Assembly: GCF_009914755.1 (NCBI RefSeq)
Contig: NC_060931.1
Length of the DNA stretch: 64,000 nucleotides
Origin: the human T2T-CHM13v2.0 reference genome, Homo sapiens
Direction: 5' to 3' (one strand)
Program-made: the position numbers and the translations under genes
Shown here: positions 55,881 through 64,000 of the stretch, piece by piece
Layout of the letters: every line of letters starts with the position of its first letter
How positions within the stretch are numbered: the first letter of the stretch is position 1
The notes under the pieces: model-generated
What the model was told of the DNA's origin: nothing
What the model saw: the letters and a program-made list of their open reading frames with translations, nothing else
Database searches by the model: none

Positions 55881-56154
55881 CAATCACCCATGACAGAGTC
55901 ACCAAAAATTGTAAAGTAGGGGAGATTTTTCTTTGCCAAGCTCTCACCTCTTTCACTAAAGCTCACCTATCTCCTCCTAGCATTTCCACCAATGTGATCA
56001 CCTGAAGCTAAGAAGCCCATTGCAGACACTCCACATACTCCCAAAATAGTCTGGGTTTCCTGTTACTCACCCAACTCCATTGGCCTTATGTCCTAGAATT
56101 AACTGACTGTCACATATGGTCATTACTCATTTAGGTGTTATGAGTAAAAATAGA

Positions 56155-56385
56155 TAAGAATAACAGAGTATTCATATAGCACTCATCGTGTATCAGACGC
56201 TGTTCTGAGCCTTTAGAATAAAACTCATTCTACCTCACAACAACCCTATGAACTGAGTACGACTAACAGTCCAGTTTCACAGAAGAGGAAGCCGAGGCAC
56301 GGAAAGACTAAGTGACTTGCCCAAATCACACAATTGACAATTGGTGGAGCCAGGATTGTACCCACATCATCTGACTTCAGGGTCT
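56155..56385 (-). mobile_element. MIR
   Basis: cctcacaacaaccctatga...acagaagaggaagccgaggcac...aagtgacttgcccaa. Confidence 0.85.
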
Positions 56386-56692
56386 GTATAGGCTGCCTTT
56401 CTATCCCCTCTGAAAAGAGGGATCCTGGGGATAGAACACATTAACCAAATACATTAATCTTCTAAAAAAGTAGTTTTCAGGCATGAGACAGGTGTAGAGA
56501 CTGAGAGAATTTTCTCCAGAGCCCTCATCTTGTACTTTAAATGGTTTTTTGAGGCAAGGATCTGTATCTTTTAGACAGTGACATGTCTGTCAATTTCTCT
56601 GTGGCATCCCATGAAACTGGGACCAACTTCAGGGCAGGGACCACATCTAGGATATCTTTTGCATCTCTAGCACCTCACCCAGGGCCCCTCTT

Positions 56693-56780
56693 TAGTTCAG
56701 GCTCCTGGACAATTGTGACAATAGTTCAGGCTCCTGGACAGTTGAGATAATTGTTGTCTCCCGGACAATTGTGACCATAG
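56693..56780 (+). repeat. Three ~29-bp tandem copies
   Basis: tagttcaggctcctggacaattgtgacaa / tagttcaggctcctggacagttgagataa / ttgttgtctcccggacaattgtgaccatag. Confidence 0.9.
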
Positions 56781-57295
56781 CCTATTTGCTTTCCCTCCCC
56801 TACCTCTCACCAGCCCCTGCCTGAAAACATCATGCTTAATGTTTCTTACAAAAGGAATTAAGATGTGAAGCTGGTCGTACCACTCTCCTTTTTAAATTCC
56901 TCATAGCCTATAAAAGTTTCGCCAATTGTGTTCCATAGAACACTACTGCTCTGTGAAATACAGGATTTCAGTGGAGAAAAAAAATACGACAGATGGATTT
57001 TTTATGACATTTACCAATATACACAGAACTACAACATTAAGCACGTTTATATAGTTATCATCATGCCGCTGGTTACCTTTAAGACACGTCCATGCCTAAA
57101 AGTGCATGGAAGTTATATGAAAAATCACATTGCAATGACATGCCAGAGGATTAATCTAAGCATGGATGTCCAGGCAGCATTTGCCTACTTACAGTCACAT
57201 TGGAGATTATCAACCTGATACTTGCAGATCTGTTACACACCTCATTTCAAAATTTCAATATATACTTGTGATATTATCTAGTAACTACTATATGT

Positions 57296-57503
57296 GAAAT
57301 CTCTCCAACAGAACTTTCTGGGATAACGGGAATTTTCTAGACCTGTAACATCCAATATGGTAGCCATCAGCCACATGTGGCTATTGAGCATTTGAATGTA
57401 GCCAATGCAACTGAAGAGCTAAATTTTTAATACTACTGGATTTTGATTAATTTAAATTTAAATAGCTGTGTGTGGCAGGTGACTATCATATCAGACAGCA
57501 CAG
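57296..57503. mobile_element. MER3 (hAT-Charlie MITE)
   Basis: tccaacagaactttctg...tccaatatggtagccatcagccacatgtggctattgagca...aatttaaatttaaatagc...gacagcacag. Confidence 0.9.
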
Positions 57504-58034
57504 CTCTATATTGACTGTGTTGATCAATCTTTGATTTTTCTTGCAGTGATTGATTTAGCTGAGTGACTACTGTCTCCTGTGTCCTTTAGTCCAAGCTGGT
57601 GTTCCCTTGACACACCAGCTTCATCTCAAGTTTTTTCTGCTTTGCTTTAGTCATGTTGAAGCCCTTCTTGTTCTTCTTGTATACTCTGCTATTTCTTTCC
57701 TTGTTGCCTTTGCTCACTTCCATACCTGCCTTCTCTTCCCCGACTCATCCTTGAGGTTCATCTCAGGCCTCTAGGTTGGCTCCCATCATCATGGCACTTC
57801 CACTTTTGGCTGTGTGTATCCCCAGCTGTTAGCAGAATTCCTGTTTGTCCCATTGATAATATCATCATTTATATATGAAAAGCATTTCTTTTGTGGCACT
57901 CTTTACAACGTTGGGTTTTTTGTCAGGCATCTTTCTTAGATGAAGAGTGACAAAGTATTAAAAATGATAACAATCTTCATCCCCTGTAATTTTTCCTTAA
58001 TGCCTCAGAGCAGAAGAGCAGTGGCATACACCAG

Positions 58035-58537
58035 GTATTAGTTATCTATTGGTGTGTAACAAGTTACTCCAAAACTTGGCAGGTTAAAACAACAAACCTT
58101 TATGATTACACAGTGTCTGTGGGTGAGAAATCTGGGAGCAGCTCGGCCAGGTACTTCTGGCTCACAATCTCCCATGAAGTTCTCATTGCCCTGTCAGCTG
58201 GGGCTGCAGTCATCTGGCTGGGGAAGCATCTACTCCAGAGCCCATTCATGTGGCTGTTGGAAGGTATTCACTCTTTACTATCTGTTGACTGCAGAATTCA
58301 GTTCCTCACCATGGCAGCCTCTTGATAGACTGCCCAACTGGCCTCACAACATGCAAGCTCGCTGTCTTTAGAGGGAGTGATGAGAGAGAGAGCCCTGGAT
58401 GTAGATGTCCCAGAAATGACATGCCTCCCTTTTTACCGCCTTCTATTGATCAAACAGAGCAATCCTGGTACAGTATGAGAGAGCCTGCAATGGGTATGGA
58501 TGTGAAAGAGTAGAGACCTTGGAGGCTGGTTACTGTC
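58035..58537 (-). mobile_element. MLT1F/H-type MaLR LTR
   Basis: gtattagttatctattg...gtaacaagttactccaaaactt...ggggctgcagtcatctg...cttggaggctgg. Confidence 0.82.
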
Positions 58538-58912
58538 CACCTTAATGGCACTATTGCAGCAGGATTCTCACTGAAGTGCCCCTGAACCCAGTAAAGGTGG
58601 TGGAATCTGTGAGTGAGAATGCTCCCCAGTGTTTCCCCAGGTGTCAGACCCTCAGCAACCAACTCTCACAGAACCTTCTTGTGTGTGGACACTGATGAGG
58701 AAACTCTCAGGCAGAGGTAGAACTGGGCGTGGAATCTCCAGCCTGTCCTTCCTCTCATCCTTGTCACCAGTGGACTGTGCCTGGGCAAGGCAACCCTGCT
58801 CTGGATTTCCCTTGGCTGTTTCACTAAACAACCCTCTAGCTTCCTCATCCATTAAATGGGTATGCTCATACTTTCTGAGTTACCCAACAGGACTGGTGTG
58901 GACCCACAAAGA

Positions 58913-59016
58913 GAATTTAGTAGACGTATCTCGTAACCTGCCCAGCATTTGATATGCACAAGGTGAATTTAGTAGATGTATCTCATAACCTGCCCAGCAT
59001 TTAATATGTATACGGT
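58913..59016 (+). repeat. 52-bp tandem duplication at the end of a MIR
   Basis: 58913-58964 vs 58965-59016, 6 mismatches. Confidence 0.95.
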
Positions 59017-60419
59017 GAAACCTTGGGGGCCTAAGACACTCACGGTGAAGGCCACCCTTCTGTCCTCTTCTTCCTCACACCTGCTTTCCTCCATCATGTG
59101 CTCTCCACAGGGCCACACATTGCTTCTACTTTAACAAATCTGACCAGCTGTTTTCTTTCGGTATCTTTTTATTGCAGCTAAAATTCCAAGGGCTGCCGGG
59201 GGAAGCTGCTGAAAACACCACAGGCCCTGGGCCTCACTTCAAAGTGGCTTTCATCATTCTTCACACGCTGTTTTCAGAACCCTCCTCTGCTCTCTCCCGG
59301 GAACCAAATTCTCGTGGAGATTTTCCTCAGTGATATCACTATTTACAGAACTCTGGCCCTGGACATCATGTTTCTATCTGATTTGTACTTGTCCACATGG
59401 CTCATAAAGTTTATAAGGGGGTTAGAGAGGTTTTCCTTGCTCATAAATCTTTCCCTGCAGTCTCCCTCTAGGAGTGGGAAAAAGAGAGGCAGGAATGAGA
59501 GAGGAGGGTGCGTGAGATTGGAGGGAGGGCATGAGGCTCTCTTCTTTGAGTGTCTCCCCTTCATTTCCCTCCCGTGGCATCAGTTGGACAGTAGAACGAA
59601 GAGGGAGCACATGAGGGCCCAGAAGATGACCATGCTGGGCAGGGAAATTAAATGTTTGGAATCTTCCTCTCATCATCTGTTAAGTGGGGATAATCACAGT
59701 GCCTACTCATCAGGTTGTCCTGAGGATTAAACAAGAAGCACAAAGCATTTAGCTTGGGGCATAGAAATTAGCAAAAAATACAATACGTTTTAACTAAAAA
59801 AAAAGTGACCAGGGTCTTCTGCGTTATCCATCCACTGGGCTGACTCTCTCCCAGGCATCCCAAAATGATCGTCCTAGCTGACTCGAGTTGTTCTCACTCT
59901 GAAAACATGGCTGCTCAGAACTTCTTCCTGCAATGGGCAATCTGCTAGCCTCAAGCTCTTAATAATCACTGGTGTAAAAGTCGCTCTTTACAAGCATTTT
60001 TTTTCTGCATTTTTAATGCTTAGATTAATTCAATTTTAAAGTAGATCTGCTATTGCATACCACTCCATGGATAGCTATGTGAATATTTCTGAATTTTAGG
60101 AGGAAAAATTTTGGAACTTAAAGTGAGTATTTCATACCGACTTTCCCCCTGCCCCCGCCCCACTTGAAATAGGAAATGTTGACAGGCCAGCAGAGATACA
60201 CTGGAAGAATAATAGATCAATAACAATTCCCGACTGGTCATACAAATTCCCCTGGCAGTTTCAGCCAACTGGGGTTCAAGAAAGTCATTACAGGATGTGT
60301 CTACCCAGGCAAGGCAAGGGAGAAAAGATTGTGAAATTATGTTTTGAATTGCCTTGAACTATCAAAATAGGTAATCTGGAATAAAAAAGAAATTTGATTC
60401 CTGAATTATTTACAATCAT

Positions 60420-61042
60420 CTTGAGGATGTTCTCATCTCTGAAATCCAACCCCACACCTCCTCCCCAAAATTGCCATTGTTTTCCATGATGTAGCCATAG
60501 TGATCTTTTAAAAATGCAAATCTGAGTAGCCAATCCTGTTCATAAACCCTCAATGACCTTTTATTGTCCTTAGGTAAAACCAAACAGCTGAACATGGCCT
60601 TTGTGCCCCAGCAGGATGGGGCCTCATCTACCTCCCCAGCCACACTGCAAAGCCCATCTGAGCTCCCTCCCACTTCCAAACCTCACATGCCTTCCCCTCT
60701 GCCTGCAAGTTCTTCTTCCACCCTGTGTCTAATTAACTCCTACTCATCCTTCAGATCTTAACCTGTATACTACTCATTCCAGAAGCCCTCCTGACACTCC
60801 CCCACCTACCTAGACCACTTAGACTGGCTGGGATCCCCTAGTTACATGCTGTATTCAGCTTAGCGTGCTTTCTCCAGTCATTATTATATGATCCATTGTG
60901 TATTTATTTGTATAATGTTTGTATCTCCTGCTAGAATGTGCTTTATTTGAGAACAAGGACTTGGTCTTTTTTATCCTTTCAGCACTTTGAACAGTGCCCA
61001 GAGCCAACTAGGTGCTCAATAAACATACTGTTCCATGAATGT
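60420..61042 (+). mobile_element. L2 3' portion
   Basis: gtgatctttttaaaaatgcaaatctga...aactcctactcatccttcagatct...ctagaatgtg...taggtgctcaataaa. Confidence 0.85.
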
Positions 61043-61167
61043 CTAAGTCCCAATATCAGCAGCTATCCAACCATTTCTCCATCATGAAAGGCCTTGATGA
61101 ACAGAATGTGATCTGCATCAGAATACATCTGATGGATCCAGAAAGTTCCCAGATTTCCTAGAGTAAT

Positions 61168-61325
61168 TGAATCATAATCTTTTAGCAATTGAAAAGATGT
61201 TCAATTTTATTAAACCCCCTCTTTTTAAAGATGAGGAAACCAATGCAAAACAAGGTTGAAGTCACTCAACTGCTTAACTACAGAGGCTAGGATGCAGTCT
61301 TCAAATTCCCCATTGTGCACACTTC
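61168..61325 (-). mobile_element. MIR
   Basis: ttttaaagatgaggaaacc...aggttgaagtcact. Confidence 0.6.
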
Positions 61326-63084
61326 CTAATAAGCTAGTAGATCCTCAAAATGCCAAACAAATGCATAGTTCAGACGTAACTGTAATTGTGCATTTTGCGT
61401 ATTGCCACCCCTGCCCCCACTCCCCATCACTTGGCCAGCACCTGTCCCTCTCTGAGAAGAGAAGATGCAAGCCTTCATTACATTGTCACTCTCCCCTATC
61501 CTGACACCATTCAGGCCCTTGCTTTGAACTCTGCGTTACCATGGCAACTGCTCTTCACGAACATCAACATCACTGGCCACAATGGCCTATGCTGAGGTGG
61601 ATGGCTGCCAAGCAAATCATAGGCAATTTCTTTCTTTTTTTTTTTTTTTTTAAGTCAAGAAGGCCGAAATCCTCAGATCAAGTTCGAATTATTTGGAGGA
61701 TGTGTATGTCAGGGACACTTAGCATCAGTTTCGATGGGAAGGCAGATAAAAGCTTGATTTATGATGAGGATAGGGGAGGCACAGGTCAGTTCAGCTTCAG
61801 AGCTTGCAGAGCTCTTTCAGAAGCTCTTTGATGTGAACAAGAAGTTGGAAGTTGCATAATTCTTGCTAATTCTTGTTGGCGGTCCAGACACAAAGGCTGC
61901 TCAAACGATCTGGAGTGGCCAAATAGGCCGAGGGTGCTCGTTTTGTCCTTCCTTCTCCACTATTCCCCCTCCTCTTCATCTTTCCCAGCAGGCCAGGACC
62001 CAACACGTAGGTTTTGTCCCAAGGAGAGAGGACCTTAGCTTCACGGGAGTAAATTTACAAGGCTGTCAGGCTTGGGATGTAATAGGCGCTGCAAGGGGTT
62101 CTATGTATCAAGCGAGGTGGTCTACCTTGTTATAGAGACTGGCCACGGGGCAGCCTAAGGTGAGTTCTGACTGCCTGGGATGGAGATCTCCCATCTCACA
62201 GGGAGAAACAAATGCCTTACAAATTGGTCACATCCCATTTAGATCATATTAATTTCCATCACCGACTCCCAGGGCTAACAGGCAGTATTTTTCTTCCTTT
62301 TGTTTCTTCTCCCCATCCCCCAAGTGACCTCCTCTATTCTTTTCTCTTTCATCCAATAGTGTCAGCCTGACTGTTTCTAGTTTGCTCAAATTTCATTTTC
62401 ATATTTAACTGTTGCGCTTGCCAGCCCCCAGATAGTTCGCATTGTAAAACCCGTGCTACACATCCCCCTTACAGCCTGCTTTCCATCAGCTTTGCTGAAA
62501 TCAAGTTGCTGGATCAGTCCCGTGTGTTAGCAGGGTAATAACTTTCCTCAGCTGGACAAAATGGTGCAGAGAGAGTGTTGCTTTTTCTGCTTCAAAGGCT
62601 TCAGAGATTCCTTTAACCACAAACATGAGAATAGAACGTAATGGATATACAAGAGTCCCACGATGGCAATCTCCCTGCTGGAAATGCTCATGAATTACCT
62701 GTAATTTACCTCAAAATGTACCACATGTTGGACTGCAAGATGCACTTTTCCTTTTTTACTTAAATGGGCTGCTATTCAGAATCTTTTTTTTTTCCTTCGA
62801 TGTGGGACTAGATGTTGAGAATAGTTTGGGGGAAAATGCCCCATAGAAGCTTCACAAATTAAAGTTTGCACAGGTTATCATGTGAGTGCTTTGTTGAAAG
62901 GAAAGAAAGTGAAATTAGGTGCAATTTTCTCCTTAATACACCATCAGCCCCATAGGGCCAGGATGGGAAGATTACCAACACTTTGGGAGGGGAGAAAGCA
63001 TGAGTCACTAATTTGCCGGTTCCCTTCATGCATTTTCTGCAACGGGACAGAAATGACATGCCCTTCCATGGCTTGACTGGTGCA

Positions 63085-63143
63085 AGGTTGATGCACCAAT
63101 CACAAGTCATGGCAAAACTGCAGTTACTTTTGCACCAACCTAA
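63085..63143. mobile_element. MADE1 (Hsmar1 MITE), right TIR intact, left half rearranged
   Basis: atggcaaaactgcagttacttttgcaccaacctaa|ta matches the MADE1 half; residual aggttgatgca at left. Confidence 0.8.
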
Positions 63144-64000
63144 TATGTAGTCAGGAGACTTGAAGAGAGCTCTGCCAACACAGAGGAAGGGTCCCACATT
63201 CTAAGGACACAGGGATCTAGGACATCTCTTTGCCTTTTGTGATGTCCTAGACAGATTTGCCATGTGCTTCCTCCTCCATGGTTACAGTGATGGCTAATGA
63301 ACGTGTATTTTTAAAGAGTATCCAAACTTTTACTTCTTCAAATGAAATCTTTTAAATGGTATCAGAACGTGGGTTTTTAATCTCTTGGAATCTGAACAGA
63401 TGCAGAAGGGGAAGCACAAACAATGGCAAACCTGATTTTCCACCTGGAGCCGTGGCCTTGTCACTAGCCAAGTCACATCTGTGCTTTTGAAGGGAAATGT
63501 CATAATATTGCTAATCAATAGGAGGAGTGACAGGCCCATTTGTCAAGAATGAGCCAGCACTGCAACTGTTGTCCTCTGCATCTTTCTCTTGGGCTTTGCA
63601 AAGGGAAGCCCAGGGAATGGACTGCTCTGTGTCTGGGGCAGCCCCCTCCTGTGCCAGGGTCAATAGAGAGCCCTCCTGGGTGAGAATTGTGAGCCGTCTT
63701 GCCAATGTTCTGCACAAGTGGGGCGGAATATGATGGCAAGGGCTACAGAAGAAACATCGAGTTTCCAAGAGTGGTGTGCAAAAGCAACCAGACACCATGC
63801 AAGAGGAAAGGGTCTCCTGTATCAGGAAGTCTATTGACCTTTCATCTGGGGAGTGCAGTTGTTCATGTGTTTCTTTTGAACTGCAGATGTTTCTTGCTGC
63901 TCTGTTGGTCAGAGGACAAGTAGGTCATTTCAAGAGAGGAGTGAAGCGAAGGGGTAGATAGGATTGGTACTCACTGACAATTTTCATCTTTGCTCTGGAG

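Noticed and set aside
56693-56780. CRISPR-like ~29-bp repeats (also 15513-15595)
   Set aside because: Copies are adjacent with no unique spacers, there are no cas genes, and the DNA is human

Overview
This is human non-coding genomic DNA (intronic or intergenic). The species call rests on an AluYb9, a human-specific subfamily. I recognise no protein-coding exon, rRNA, tRNA or CRISPR array. The ORF track consists of short chance ORFs or ORFs read through repeats; the only protein-like one is a fossil hAT-Charlie transposase fragment (10460-10774). Much of the window is layered transposon debris: 8 Alus, L1/HAL1, L2, L3/CR1, many MIRs, MaLR/ERVL/ERV1 LTRs, and hAT and Tc1-mariner DNA elements. 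Several repeat-poor, motif-dense or CpG-retaining blocks look like candidate cis-regulatory elements (~2.2-2.75 kb, 12.3-14.3 kb, 38.6-40.3 kb, 45-48.7 kb, 49.8-50.1 kb, 61.9-62.6 kb). I found no evidence of a new multi-gene biological system. The best-supported unusual observations are small: a near-consensus AluYb9 (possible insertion polymorphism), a hairpin micro-inversion inside an Alu, a fold-back rearrangement at a MADE1, an L1PA stub with a 10-nt possible 3' transduction, complex local duplications, and an unassigned TG...CA element splitting a HAL1. Repeat subfamily names come from recalled consensus sequences, and boundaries of old repeats are approximate; RepeatMasker/Dfam should confirm them.
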